The translations under genes were made by a program, and so were the position numbers. Positions 43,846 to 56,821 of a stretch of 64,000 bases of DNA are shown here, in pieces. Location of the stretch: contig BCKQ01000005.1 of assembly GCA_001600695.1 (NCBI GenBank), positions 1,107,820-1,171,819 of the forward strand, given 5' to 3'. The stretch's first letter is position 1. Every line of letters starts with the position of its first letter. The notes below the pieces were generated by a model. It made no database searches. It was not told the origin of the DNA and worked only from the letters and a program-made list of their open reading frames with translations. This stretch comes from Ascoidea asiatica JCM 7603. Its lineage: Eukaryota; Fungi; Ascomycota.

Positions 43846-46800
43846 ATGGACTCGGATAAAAATAAACTTATAAATTCAAGCTCAAAAAGTTCAAAATTAC
43901 ATGATCCAAAAGATATAGAAACTGCAATATTAGAGCATTTTACTCCAAAAACTTCTGCTTCAGAATCAACGGAATCTCCAACTTCTAGTACAATTCATTT
44001 AAATAAATTAACTGATTTGCCTGATTCTGATTTTAATGAACAAGATCATTTATCTTCAATTTCTCCAATGTCTTTAGTTTCTCCAATATGTTCAATCAGT
44101 AACGACGATTTGAATATGACAATTCAATCTCCAATTTATTCAAACTTAAGTAAAATCAATAAAAATAATAATCCTAGTAATATTAATATTATCAATCATA
44201 ATAAAAAAAGTAAAATTGATAATGAATTTGATAAACTAAGCAATAAAAATGATAATGAATTCAATATTTCAAATAAAAATAAAAATTTAATCAAAAATGA
44301 TAACAAAGATGAATTTTCGAACTCAATTTCTTCTTCATTATCATCAAAAATTATTTCACATTCAATTCCATCTACTTTATCCTCACAGTCTTCCTCATCA
44401 TCATCATCATCTTCTTCTAAGTCTTCATCATCTTCTTCAACCACTTTTAAAAACTCTTTAAATTCTTCTAATACAAATCAAAATTTAAATAAGACTAAAA
44501 TTAAAAATAAAGCTAAAATTGGAAAAATTGGGGTTTGTGCAATGGATACAAAAGTTTTGAGTAAACCCTGTCGTCATATTTTAAATAGATTAATTCAAAA
44601 TAATGATTTTGAAACAATTATTTTTGGTGATAAAGTTATTTTAGATGAACCTATTGAAAATTGGCCAACTTGTGATTTTTTAATATCTTTTTTCTCGAAT
44701 GGTTTTCCACTAAATAAAGCAATTAATTATCTTAAATTACGTAATCCATTTGTAATCAATGATTTGATTATGCAAAAAGCTTTATGGGATAGAAGATTAG
44801 TTTTGAAATTATTAAATATTGCAAATGTTCCAACTCCTGAAAGATTAGAAATTTCAAGAGATGGTGGTCCAAGAATTAATATTGATCATGATTTAAAAAA
44901 AAAATTACTTTCAAAAGGTATAAATTTTGATAATGACAATGATAAATATAAAGATAAAGATAATAAAATTAAAATTCCTGATTGGGAAATGGTTGATGAT
45001 GATACTCTTAGAGTTAATAATCAATATTTGAAAAAACCATTTGTTGAAAAGCCTGTTGATGGTGAAGATCATAATATTTACATATATTATGCTAAAAAAA
45101 ATGGAGGTGGCGGAAGAAAATTATTTAGAAAAATCGGTAATAAAAGTAGTGAATTTGATCCAAATTTATCAAGTATCAGAACCAATGGTTCTTATATTTA
45201 TGAAAAATTCATGGATGCTGATAATTGTGAAGATGTTAAAGCATATACTGTTGGGCAAAATTTCTGTCACGCGGAAACAAGAAAATCTCCTGTAGTTGAC
45301 GGTATTGTTAGAAGAAATCCTCATGGTAAAGAAATTAGATTTATAACAAATTTATCTGATTTTGAAAAAGATATTGCAAGAAAAGTTTCTAAAATTTTTG
45401 ATCAAACTATTTGTGGATTTGATTTATTAAGAGCAAATGGTAAAAGTTATGTAATTGATGTTAATGGATTTTCTTTTGTTAAAGGAAATTATGAATATTA
45501 TGATAATACTGCTTTAATTTTAAGAAATATATTTCTTGAAGCTAAAATCAAAAGGGATTTACAAAGAAATATGTCTGCTTCCAAAAATCTACGCTTACCA
45601 CCAATGGAAGAAAAACATCAAAAATGGGTTTTCAAAGGTTCTGTATCTATTATCAGACATGGTGATAGAACTCCAAAACAAAAGATTAAGTATTCTTTCA
45701 GATCTCGTTTATTCATAGCGCTATTAAAAGGTTATAAAGAAGAAGTTATAATTAGAGCTGTACCAGATTTAAAAATTGTTTTAGCTGCTTTAGAATTAGC
45801 TCAGCAACAACAATATGAAGATCCTATAAAAGTTGAACATTTAGCTGTTACTTTGGCTAAAAAAATTAATTTTCCAGGTACTAAAATTCAATTAAAACCT
45901 GTTTTAAGCAAAGAAACAAATGAAGTTGAAAAAGTTCAATTTATTTTGAAATGGGGTGGAGAACCTACGCATTCTGCAAGATATCAAGCCGCGGATTTAG
46001 GTGAAAATTATAGGCAGGATATCAAATTATTAAATAGAGAAGCTATAAGTCATGTTAGAGTTTATTCTTCTTCTGAAAGAAGAGTATTAACAAGTGCTCA
46101 GATTTGGGCTTCTGCGTTTTTAGATTCAGATAGTTTACCAGATGATTTCTTAAGAATTAGGAAGGATTTATTAGATGATTCTAATGCTGCAAAAGACTTG
46201 ATGGACAAAGTTAAAAAAAAATTAAAACCGTTATTAAGGCAAGGTGTTGAACCACCAAAACAATTTGCATGGCCTTCAAAGATGCCAGAACCATACATTG
46301 TAATAAGAAGAGTTGTTGAATTAATGAATTATCATCATAATATCATGGAATACAATTTTAAATACAAAGATGTCAATGAAATGCAAAAAAATTGGTGTTG
46401 TGGTGAAGATCCTTTTTTATTCAAGGAAAGATGGGATAAATTATTCAGTGAATTCATGACTTTTGAAAAGCTAGACCCTTCGAAAATTAGTGAATTATAC
46501 GATACAATGAAATACGACGCTCTACATAATCGAAAATTTTTAAGAAATATCTTTTCTCCAGATTTAGATACATTTTCTGGTGATCATGAACTGAAAATCT
46601 TAATGAATGATTTAAATTCTCCAAGTTTAGTCAATGAATATCCTATCAATGTTCTTGCAATGAATAATTTCAAATTACCTAGTGATTCTTCGAAATTTTC
46701 AACTCTTCTGACATCTGCTTCTTCTTCGACTTCAACATTGTCTAAAATTCCTTTAAAAGCACTGCCTCAAACTGGAAATAGTAATATTGAAGCCTCATCT

Positions 46801-47538
46801 CCTGGAGGAAATTCCATACTTTCCAATAATAGCATTGAAAAGGAATCAGATGAGTATACTTCTGTTGGATCTTTGGGTTGGGTTTTGAGATCTGGAAATA
46901 GAAAAACTTCAAGAGATATAACATCCTCACCTTTTGATGATCCCAAATTCAGTAAGCTTAGAGAATTGTATAAATTAGCAAAAGTCTTATTTGATTTTGT
47001 TTGCCCTCAAGAATATGGAATTGAAGATAATGAAAAATTAGATATTGGTTTATTAACTTCCTTGCCTCTAGCCAAAAGAATTGTTCAAGATATTACTTCA
47101 ATGAGTGAAACTGATAAGTCAGAAATTGTCACCTATTTCACAAAAGAGTCTCATATCTATACTCTATTAAACATTCTTTATGAATCAAAGCTTCCAATGA
47201 GAATAGCAAGGAATGCATTACCTGAGTTAGATTATCTATCACAGATTGTATTTGAGCTATATGAAAGTGCAGATAATATTTCTGGAGCTAAAAAGCATTC
47301 AATAAGATTGTCATTATCTCCAGGCTGTCATACTCAGGATCCTTTAGATATTCAGTTGGATGACAAACATTATATAAGTAATATTCCAAAAATATCACTC
47401 ACAAGACATTTAGATATTGATTTAGTTACCCAAAAATTAAAATCAAGATTCTCCAGAGTCTCATTACCCAAAAAATTTATTCCTGTTAATATCACTAGTC
47501 CTTCAGTAGCCACATTAACTGATAAGGTTGCCACCTAG
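43846..47538 (+). CDS. VIP1: Inositol pyrophosphate kinase/phosphatase Vip1 (PPIP5K)
   Basis: IGVCAMDTKVLSKP, ATP-grasp EKPVDGEDHN/DVKAYTVG/DVNGFSFVK, histidine-phosphatase motif RHGDRTPKQK. Confidence 0.98.
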   Translation: MDSDKNKLINSSSKSSKLHDPKDIETAILEHFTPKTSASESTESPTSSTIHLNKLTDLPDSDFNEQDHLSSISPMSLVSPICSISNDDLNMTIQSPIYSNLSKINKNNNPSNINIINHNKKSKIDNEFDKLSNKNDNEFNISNKNKNLIKNDNKDEFSNSISSSLSSKIISHSIPSTLSSQSSSSSSSSSSKSSSSSSTTFKNSLNSSNTNQNLNKTKIKNKAKIGKIGVCAMDTKVLSKPCRHILNRLIQNNDFETIIFGDKVILDEPIENWPTCDFLISFFSNGFPLNKAINYLKLRNPFVINDLIMQKALWDRRLVLKLLNIANVPTPERLEISRDGGPRINIDHDLKKKLLSKGINFDNDNDKYKDKDNKIKIPDWEMVDDDTLRVNNQYLKKPFVEKPVDGEDHNIYIYYAKKNGGGGRKLFRKIGNKSSEFDPNLSSIRTNGSYIYEKFMDADNCEDVKAYTVGQNFCHAETRKSPVVDGIVRRNPHGKEIRFITNLSDFEKDIARKVSKIFDQTICGFDLLRANGKSYVIDVNGFSFVKGNYEYYDNTALILRNIFLEAKIKRDLQRNMSASKNLRLPPMEEKHQKWVFKGSVSIIRHGDRTPKQKIKYSFRSRLFIALLKGYKEEVIIRAVPDLKIVLAALELAQQQQYEDPIKVEHLAVTLAKKINFPGTKIQLKPVLSKETNEVEKVQFILKWGGEPTHSARYQAADLGENYRQDIKLLNREAISHVRVYSSSERRVLTSAQIWASAFLDSDSLPDDFLRIRKDLLDDSNAAKDLMDKVKKKLKPLLRQGVEPPKQFAWPSKMPEPYIVIRRVVELMNYHHNIMEYNFKYKDVNEMQKNWCCGEDPFLFKERWDKLFSEFMTFEKLDPSKISELYDTMKYDALHNRKFLRNIFSPDLDTFSGDHELKILMNDLNSPSLVNEYPINVLAMNNFKLPSDSSKFSTLLTSASSSTSTLSKIPLKALPQTGNSNIEASSPGGNSILSNNSIEKESDEYTSVGSLGWVLRSGNRKTSRDITSSPFDDPKFSKLRELYKLAKVLFDFVCPQEYGIEDNEKLDIGLLTSLPLAKRIVQDITSMSETDKSEIVTYFTKESHIYTLLNILYESKLPMRIARNALPELDYLSQIVFELYESADNISGAKKHSIRLSLSPGCHTQDPLDIQLDDKHYISNIPKISLTRHLDIDLVTQKLKSRFSRVSLPKKFIPVNITSPSVATLTDKVAT

Positions 47539-47854
47539 TTGTAAAAAAAATATAAAATACAAATTTGGATAAATCATTTTTTTAATAATATTTAATTTTT
47601 TTTATTATATTATACTTTTTAATTTTTTTTAAAGTTTTTCTCTTTTTTAAATTGACTCTTCTGGGAGTTGATTTTTATATTATAATATTACATTTTTCAA
47701 TAATACATTTATATACAAAAAAAACCATAGAGATTTACATATTAATAAATATTCCTTACTACAACTTATTCTATGAACAAAATAGATTTAAAGGTTTTTC
47801 TTCAAAGAAATGAATCTATAAATTTTACTTGTATTACATTTCTAATATAAATAA

Positions 47855-50782
47855 CTATGAAACTTGAAAAAAATTTATGACGGAGGAAGAAGTCTTTATT
47901 AGCTCATCAAGCTTTTTAGATTTGACTTCATTTATGGAAAATAATCTTTTGAATATTTCTTGCAACTCTAAATCGTCATTTAATTTGGCCCAGATCATAT
48001 CAGAGTGATTTTTCATTAACATATTGATTAAGGCTTCATATAAGTCAAAGTTCATATTTGATTCCAATCCTTGAGCCATGGCAATGGCAAAACGTTTGAT
48101 TTCTGTTAAAGACTCGTCAACAGTATCTAAGGATTTAATTTCAAGATCCATTTTTGATGGAGAGTACTTTATTAATAATTTTAAGAAGGGATTGAAATCA
48201 TGAGTTGGAGATTCTGAGCATACCCTTAAGGATCTTGTAAATTCAGATTCAAAAGCCAAAGGATCACTGTTATCAAGTAATCTACTTTTCTTTATTTCAG
48301 CATCCTCAGAATTATTACTCACCGTATTTTCTTTGTCTTTAGCATTTTCCTTCTTATCATCAACATCATACAAAAAAAAAGGGGCCTTTTCAGGTTTTTT
48401 AGGGGGTTCTTTAGGTTTATTTCTTTTTTTTATAGTATCTATATTCATCAATGTGCCGAACTTTGTTCTTGGGCCCATTGATAAAGTCAATAAATCTTTA
48501 CTAATTTGCTCGATAGAAGAATAATTTCCTATTACACTATCATCAATTGTCTCAACATTGTCATCTAATGCAGAACTTATTATACTTAAACCCCCGTCTG
48601 ATGTATTATTTGGAATATCAATTAGCTTGAATTCTTCTTCTGAAGTTGCATGAACTGATATTGGCTTAAACTGTGCTTTGTTATTCCAGAGAGAAATTCC
48701 ATTTCCATTCGCATGAATTGTGGCCAAAAAGTCTCCATTGGGAGAAAATTTTATTCCTGTTATGAGATTGGTAGTTTTAAACCCATCGATACAATTTCCA
48801 GTTGGAAGATCCCAGACTCTTAATGTCGAATCCAAAGAAGCAGAAACAATCCATCTACCATTTGGAGAGAAATCCAAAGAAGTGATTCTATTACTATGAC
48901 CAACTAATTGACGAATAATTCTTTGAGTTTCAAAATCAATCACAATAATTGACAAATCATCTAAGGCTAAAGCAATCAAATCTGAAACAGGATTATAAAT
49001 AGCTAATGTCACTGGTGAATCAAGATTGATTTTGTTTAAATATTTTGATTGAGTGAAATTATAAAAGCCAATGTAACCATCTAAACTTGTAGAGCACATT
49101 TTACTATTCATAGAATCTATAATTATACCAGTTACAGCATTTTTATGAAGATTGAATTTTTTCCTTAATATTCCACTTTGAAGATTATAAACAGAAATCA
49201 AACCATTCGAGGAACCAATAAAAGCAAAATTACCACAAGATGAAACTTTAACAGATTTTGCATAACCTTCATCGTTGGTTGATAATTTCCATTTTCCAAG
49301 TCTTTTTGATTTAAAAGACCAAGTTCTTGCAAACGTTTCATCTTTATGAGCAGTAAGAATATTTTCCCAACTATTTTCTTTGATAGAATTATAATCTAAA
49401 TCTATAATTTCACCACATTTAGGAATACTTGAGGTTTTTTTATTTTTTGAAGCAGATGGAGGCTTTTGAGAAAATTCTTGATTTTGAGCATCTTTTCTTA
49501 AAGAAAAAGACCAAAAAGTTCTATCAGAAGAAGCAGAAAGAATAAAGTGAGTACTATTGTTATTACTATTATTATTTACAAATCGAATAGTTGTTGGAGG
49601 AGATGAGTGACCAGCTCTTGATCTTAAATGTCTTGGAGGAGGAATTATAACATTTTCATTATCATTAGAATTAGGATCAGCATTGTTATTAGATAAAGGA
49701 GGATCAAAAATGAATTCCCTTAGATGATTGTCATTACCATTTGTTACAAATATAGGTTGACCATTCAAAAACTTTACATTTGAAACACCCCCATGAGCTT
49801 GTTTATGTATATGAGAAAGGAAATGAATTTGTTTAAATGAATCTAAATTGAATATAGATAAACTACCATTTTTGAAAGATATTAAAAGATGATTGAAACC
49901 ATCATTTCTAAAAGATAAAGAAGTTATAGAATTTCCAGAATTATAAGATTCAATGATTTTTAATACTCTATCTTTTTTAAAATTATAAAAAATTACATTT
50001 CCTTTAGATGTACCAATTGCAATAATGTCTAAAGCAGAAGAATTTTCAACACAAGTAAATTGACCATATGTTTGAGTATCTATAAGATTTTTTTTAGTAA
50101 AAATTAATTTTAAAGTTTTTATATTGTAAATTAATAGAGAATTGTTTGAAGTTATTATGATGATTTTATTTAAGAAAGTTGGAGGATGAATTATTTGAAG
50201 TATTGAATCATTATTTTGAGTGTTAGTTTCTGATTGAATATCAGAAAAATCATTGGATAGAATTGGATTTAAATTGATTTTCGAGTAGAATTTTATTGGC
50301 AATTTGGAAACTTCAGTATCTAAAGGCTTTTTGAATAAATATATTTGATTATCAATAGAGGAGGAAACTAAATAATCCCCAAATTTTAAAAGAGTGTTTA
50401 GGTTTGATTTTGAGTTCAAGTTTTTTTCAGATTCACAGGTCAAAGTATGCAAAACTCTTCCTCTTTTATAAATTGCAATTTTATTAGAAAATGTTAAATA
50501 AATATAATGAAAATTTGCAAAAAGATTTGTAATTGGAGAAGGAGTTTGATTCTGAGAAACAAATAATAAATTTAAGTTAGAGGCATCATATATTTGAAAA
50601 GAACGACCAATGGATGTTACTATGTAAAAAGTGGAACCTAAAGAACCAATTGCAAATGGAATTTGATTAGTGACATTTCCTATTGATCTAAATGGGGAAA
50701 ATATTTTAGATGAAGCAACAACAGTTTGAGGTTTTGCTTCGCTCACAACTTTTCTTTTCTTGGCCAAATTTATCTCTGACAT
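47855..50782 (-). CDS. UTP21: WD40 U3 snoRNP (UTP-B) subunit Utp21
   Basis: SKIFSPFRSIG.V, WD repeats (GHSNRITSLDFSPNGRW...VWDLPTG), IKKRNKPKEPPKKPEKAPFFL; neighbour of VIP1 as in YLR409C/YLR410W. Confidence 0.95.
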   Translation of the reverse strand: MSEINLAKKRKVVSEAKPQTVVASSKIFSPFRSIGNVTNQIPFAIGSLGSTFYIVTSIGRSFQIYDASNLNLLFVSQNQTPSPITNLFANFHYIYLTFSNKIAIYKRGRVLHTLTCESEKNLNSKSNLNTLLKFGDYLVSSSIDNQIYLFKKPLDTEVSKLPIKFYSKINLNPILSNDFSDIQSETNTQNNDSILQIIHPPTFLNKIIIITSNNSLLIYNIKTLKLIFTKKNLIDTQTYGQFTCVENSSALDIIAIGTSKGNVIFYNFKKDRVLKIIESYNSGNSITSLSFRNDGFNHLLISFKNGSLSIFNLDSFKQIHFLSHIHKQAHGGVSNVKFLNGQPIFVTNGNDNHLREFIFDPPLSNNNADPNSNDNENVIIPPPRHLRSRAGHSSPPTTIRFVNNNSNNNSTHFILSASSDRTFWSFSLRKDAQNQEFSQKPPSASKNKKTSSIPKCGEIIDLDYNSIKENSWENILTAHKDETFARTWSFKSKRLGKWKLSTNDEGYAKSVKVSSCGNFAFIGSSNGLISVYNLQSGILRKKFNLHKNAVTGIIIDSMNSKMCSTSLDGYIGFYNFTQSKYLNKINLDSPVTLAIYNPVSDLIALALDDLSIIVIDFETQRIIRQLVGHSNRITSLDFSPNGRWIVSASLDSTLRVWDLPTGNCIDGFKTTNLITGIKFSPNGDFLATIHANGNGISLWNNKAQFKPISVHATSEEEFKLIDIPNNTSDGGLSIISSALDDNVETIDDSVIGNYSSIEQISKDLLTLSMGPRTKFGTLMNIDTIKKRNKPKEPPKKPEKAPFFLYDVDDKKENAKDKENTVSNNSEDAEIKKSRLLDNSDPLAFESEFTRSLRVCSESPTHDFNPFLKLLIKYSPSKMDLEIKSLDTVDESLTEIKRFAIAMAQGLESNMNFDLYEALINMLMKNHSDMIWAKLNDDLELQEIFKRLFSINEVKSKKLDELIKTSSSVINFFQVS

Positions 50783-50943
50783 TATAGAGAAAAATTAGAA
50801 GTTCTAATATTTTAAAATATTTATCTTCGGCTAATTCTATAACTGCTAATTCAGATATTTTCTTAATCGATTTCAAACTTCAATGAAAAATAAAATAGAT
50901 TTTGAATCTTTTCATTTTTACAGTTTTTCATATTTAAATTTTT

Positions 50944-51066
50944 AAATTTTTCAGTCGCAAATTTAAAAAAAAAAAAATTAAACTCAGACCGGAATTCAAA
51001 TAGAAAAAGGAAAGATGACCGGACTTTTACCGGAATAATAAAGGTTTAATTGGGTTTTCACGTGAC
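50944..51066. promoter_or_regulatory. UTP21/VAM6 divergent promoter: RRPE (AAATTTTTCA) and Cbf1-type TCACGTGA
   Basis: At 50944-50953 and 51058-51065. Confidence 0.5.
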
Positions 51067-51317
51067 GCTCGCATTCCTTAATAAAGGGAATTTGGCTCTC
51101 CGGTGCTGGTGAGGTATTATGGTTAGACATTGTAATTAGTATGGGAGAAGTTAAAATCAACAATTAGGACAATTATTTGTTCAACAATACGCTTGCATTT
51201 GATTTAAACGATCAATTCATGAAAATAATTATATCTAAAGAACTAAGAATTTAAATTAAACAATATATCTGTTCAAGACTTGTATCGCTTTATAATGAGG
51301 ATAACTTCAATTGCAAA

Positions 51318-54300
51318 ATGATCAATGTATTAAGTCCTAATTCGTATATAGACTTGGAGTCTATGAAAGCCAAAGTAACTGGATTAGTTGTGGTTTATGA
51401 TCAGTTGGTGGTTACTTTGAATAATTCCTCATTATTAGTTTTTGAATTGAATTCTAATTTACTAAATCAGAATGATTCTGATTTTCTTAATGTTAATAAT
51501 TTAAGTACTAGTACGAATGATATTAGTGAAATTAGTAATGGTAGTCCAAATAACAATAGCTCAGAGGATATAGATAATAGTACTAGTGACATAAATATAC
51601 TGTCTTCAAATATTGAAAATCAAAACCAAAACCAAACTCTTAATTCAGAAGAAGAAGAAGATTTAGAATTGGATAGACAGGTAACTTTACATTCAATTTC
51701 AGATTCAATTTCTATTCATAATGCTTCATCTGCAAATTTATCTCAAAATCCAAAACAAAATAAATTACAACCTCAGAAACCAAGTATGGTACCTAGAAAA
51801 TCTGTAAGTTCTGTATCTTCAATTAAGTCAATTCATAATTCTTTAAAAGGAAACTCAAATTCAAGTCAAAATCACAATATAAATAAAAAATGGTTTCAAT
51901 TTAAAAATTTATCAAAATTAAAATTAATTCAATCTTTCAATGATTTTTTCAAAAAGCCAATAGATCAAATTGATTTTTTACCAGATTTGAATTATTTGAT
52001 AATTTTATCTGATAATTTAATTTCAATTTATCTATATAATAATACAAATTCAAACTCAATTCAATTAACTTTATTGTCCAATTTAAAAAATTCAAAAGGT
52101 GTAACTTTTTTCAGGTTATCAAGTGCGCTTAAAAATAATTTATTAATTAATTCCCCAATTGAAAGACCATTAGATTCAAATCTTTTGATAAATAGTGATC
52201 ATTATTTTAATTTCAATAACTTTAATAATAAAGATAAAAAATCCAATAAAAATCATAATAGAAGTCCATTATCTAGACAAAATAGTTCTGGATCTTCTTC
52301 ATCTTCAGATTCAAGTCAATCAATGTCTGTATACTCTCTCAAATCCAATCAAACAAATGCTTATATGAAACTGAGATCTTCTACTTTTAATTCGGATAAT
52401 AATTCAACGTTATATAATGAGAAAAAAATGAATAATAATAGTAATAGAAATAGTTTGAAAAGAAGTTCAAATACTCAAGATTCTTTTCAATCTCAACAAA
52501 ATAATAGTTCTTTTGCAGAAACTTCTTATTTGTTATATATTGTTAGAAAAAAGTTGTATATTCATTCCTGGTTTTTGAATTCCGAAGAAAATACTGAAAA
52601 TGAAGTTACTTTATCTGATAAAATTAAAACTTTTGAATTTATATCTTCTCATAAAATAATAATAGCCTTAGGAAATAAATATCAGGTATTGGATCTATTA
52701 ACTTTAAAAATACTGTCAATTGATCCACATAACTCAAATACCACTTCTACTTATAATTCCTCGACAATAAATCGTCCTCAAAATTCTTCTTCAACTTTCA
52801 ATTATTTTTTTAATTCTTATCAACCTCAATTTCAATTACTCAAAATTTCAAGAAAAAGAACTTTAATTTCCAAAGATTTTTCTTCTTTTAAAATTAGTAA
52901 TAATTCAGCAAAAATTATCAAAGGTTCTCAATTACTTTGGAATACCATTCCAACTTTTTTAAACTTTTTTTTCCCCTATTTGATATTTATTCATAATAAA
53001 TATATAGAAATTAGAGATTGTGATAATGGATTTTTAATTCAGCAAATTCCAGTTCAAAATATCAATAATTTATTCATAGATAATTTTAAGAAATTAATTT
53101 TTTTTTCTTCAGGCTCAAATAATAAAATATATTGTTGTCATTTGAAAAGTTTTATAAATCAATTAAATCAACTTGAGAAATCAAGTTTATTAAATGAAGC
53201 AATCAACTTAACAATTCAATTACCTTTAGAAATTTTACCTGATAAAATTTCAAGACTAAGACAATTACAAATCAAAAAAGCAATCAGGTTATTCAATGAT
53301 AATAAATTTCAAGATTCAATGTTAATTTTTAGTGAATACTTAGCTCCACCAAATTTGGTTATTCCATTATTTCCATCGTTTATTTCTATTCAAGTCGATG
53401 ATTATTTTGATAATCAAAAATTATCTTTTAATTCGAATTTCTCAAATACTCATAATGATGATTTTAGTCTTAATCCGTTAAATTTCAAGAACAGTAATCG
53501 TAATAATATTCGAAAAAATTCTTTAAATTCAATCACAGTAGAATCATTGTCAATTATTCCTCAGTCATTTCATTCTTCAATGATAACTGGTGCTTTTAAT
53601 GATGGAGGATCCGTTAGATCCACTAATTTTGGTAATAATATGAGATCTCCTTTAAGAAGGCCGATGACACCATCACCATTGATTCATTCTACAACTGCTA
53701 TTAATGAAAGTAGTGATAATATCAGTATAAAATCTTCAATGTCAAATCTAAGATCAAATTCCTTTGCTTCATCTAGAAGAAATAGCATAGTGACAAATAG
53801 TAATGCATCAAATCTAAATATGACTATGAATCTGAATAGTAGTAATACAAGTATCAATAATTTGGGTGGATCAATGTTGAATTCACCTACTAGAACTTTA
53901 TTAAAAGCCATCAAATATTTACTACCATATTTAGCAGATACTAGAAGAAAACTCAGTAAATTAATTAAAGAAACTGAAGAAGATAAAAAAAAATTGAATT
54001 CTAATCAGGAAAATATGGAAAATAGCATAAGAATAGAAGAAGAAGAATTATCAAGTATATTATGGAAAGGTATTCAAATTCCCAAAAATATATTTGGAGA
54101 TTTATATAAAAGTGCAGAATTAGTTGATACAACATTATTTAAATGCTACATAATTTCTTCACCAAAATTGATTGGTCCATTGGTTAGAATTAAGAATTAT
54201 TGTAAATTAGAAACAGTTGAAAAAGAATTAATTCATAAAAAAATGTTTAGAGAATTAATTGATTTTTATTATGGTAAAAATTTACATGAAAAAGCATTAG

Positions 54301-54506
54301 AATTATTAGAGAAATTAGGTAAAGGAGAAAAAATTCAATATGGAGAAATGTTAGTTAAAATTAGTGAAAGTGATGAAAGTAGTGAAGAAGATCTCAATGA
54401 TGATGAATTAATTGAAGAAGATAGTATTGATATAATAGAGCATGTTGATGGAAATGAAAATGGAATTGAAAATAGTACTCTTAATGATAATGTTAATAAT
54501 AGTATC

Positions 54507-54541
<35 letters not shown>

Positions 54542-55946
54542 TGGTAATAATGGTGATAATATTAATAGAGATATCAATTTTAATAAGACTCAGAAAAATA
54601 TTAAAGCTACTAAGGAAAATGAATTCACTCCAATGTTAGTACCAAATAATTATAATTATTTAAATAATAAATTACTAAGAGGAACCAAACAAACAATAAC
54701 TTATTTAAAAAAATTAAATAATGATTCTATTGATATTATTTTAAAATATATTAAATGGGCAATATTAATTGATGAAAATAAAGGTATGGAAATTTTCCTA
54801 GATGAAACAGATGAAAGTGAATCATTGGATCGTAAGAAGATATGTGATTTTTTAATTGATACATTCAAAAATTATCCAAATGGGAAATTTAAAGCTATGA
54901 TTTATTTAGAACATGTTATTGAAGATTTAAATGATAAAACTAATGAATTACATACGAAATTAATTGAGATTTATATTGATTTAGTTATGGGAGAAGAAAG
55001 AGAAATTGGAAAAGAGAGCTTAAAAATCAAAGGTATTAAAAAAGACAATAAAATTAGTATAAAAAAAGCTTTCAAAAATAAAAGAGATGTTAATCAAAAT
55101 ATCATCCGTAATAATGAATATGATGATGAAGATGATGATGAAGATTATGAAGACGAAGATGATGATTATGATGATGAAAATGATGTAGAAATGGATAGAA
55201 AAGAAATAATATTCAATAAATTAGAAATTTTTTTAAAGAATAGTAATTATTATAATGCATTAAAAGTATTAAAAATGTTACCAAATGAAAGAAGATTTTT
55301 AATTATGAAGACATTTGTTTATAAAAAATTAGGAGATCATAAAAAAGTTTTAGATATTTTTGTTTATGAATTAGAAGATTTTAATAGAGTTTCAAATTAT
55401 TGTGATGAATTATATGAAGAAGATAATTTAATTGGTAAAAAATATTTACAAATTTTATTAGAAATGTATTTGAAACCAAAAGATTTAGGAAAAATCAATA
55501 AGAAACAAATTGAAGAAAATATTTCAAATGGATTAAAATTATTAGATATTCAAGGATCAAGAATGTCAGCTAGTGAAGTTTTAAAAATTATTCCGGAAGA
55601 ATTAAGTATAATGAAATTAGAATTTTTTTTAACATCTCAATTAAGATTATTAAATAAAAGAATTAATGATAGTAGAATTAGTGGATCATTAAGTAAAGTT
55701 AATTTAGTTAAAAATGAAGAAGAATTATTAAAATTAAGAAGTAAAAATGTTAAAATTACAGAAAATAGTATTTGTGAAGTTTGTTTAAAAAAAATAAGTC
55801 ATTCAGTTATTGGATTTTTTGGTAATGGTGTAATTACACATTATGGATGTGCTAAAATCTATAAAGAAGGTTTAAAAACCAATAAGAAAAGTAATAATAA
55901 TAAAGCTATACAAGTTAGAAGTTCTGAATTTAATAGAATCAGATAA
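51318..55946 (+). CDS. VAM6: HOPS subunit Vam6/Vps39
   Basis: CNH-like N-terminus; VDTTLFKCY...L.GPL.RI.N.C...ELIDFYYGK.LH.KALELL (Vps39 domain 1); C-terminal C.VC.KKI..SV......HYGC. Confidence 0.9.
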
Positions 55947-56513
55947 AATATATGAATATTATTGTTAATGGTTTTTTAAACAAAAACTTAAATTTTTTAT
56001 CTTTTTTCATTTTTTTTTTTTTTCTTATTTCAGTTTAGTTAACTTTAGATTAATTTATCTCATTACTTTTTTTTTTTTTTTTGATTTCTTTATTGATTTC
56101 TTTTCCATTTCTTCCTGTTTTGTTGTTTTGTTTTCTTGTTCATTCATGCTCATAGTTTATATAACCATGGTTTAATTTCTAATATATTGATATAAAATGA
56201 TACTATATAATCAACTAATCTTCTATTCTATAGAATCATCAAATTCACCAGAATCAGTATAATTAAAAAAAAGCGGCGCAGAGACCATTATATTGGTACT
56301 AATGCATGGCACTGTTTGATTGTGTAGAAGTAAATCCGGGGACTTTATTTAAACAAGTCCGCACATAATCGGATCCTTAAGAGCATCCGCACCGGAGAAC
56401 TTAGCCAGTTTCAGCCACAGCAGCCACAGCAGCCTTGCACTTGCCTCTTCAGCCGCCTCGGCGAGAGAGTGGAGCTGTAATCCCAGCGATTGGAGGGAAG
56501 AGCGAGCACGAAC

Positions 56514-56821
56514 AATGCCAGCTCCAATGCCAGCTCCAATGCCAGCTCCAAGAGCTTGTGCCAGCAAATACAGCACAAGATACTGGGCGTGGATTGGCAT
56601 TCTGGCAAAGAGACAGACAGGCAGACAGGCAGACAGGCAGAGAGGCACTCCGACAGAATAACGGAAAAGCTGACTATCGCTCACTGTGAGGGTCTGAGGA
56701 AATAAAAGAAGCTTTATTTCTACAGTAGCAGAGAACTCAGTTCCAGGAGATTTAGAAATAAGCTGGAGGCTGATATTCTTATCACTATCACTATCACTAT
56801 CACTATCACTATCACTATCAT
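56514..56821 (+). repeat. Cluster of short tandem arrays: (AATGCCAGCTCC)x3, (AGACAGGC)x3-4, (TATCAC)x6-7
   Basis: At 56514-56549, 56615-56646 and 56780-56821. Confidence 0.9.

Noticed and set aside
51019-51033. CCGGACTTTTACCGG resembling U5 snRNA loop 1
   Set aside because: The loop lacks the invariant GCCUUUUAC and there is no extended stem; more likely a CGG-type promoter site.
56349-56705. Four overlapping short ORFs; possible CRISPR-like or LTR element
   Set aside because: Repeats are head-to-tail without spacers; no terminal repeats or transposon coding sequence seen.
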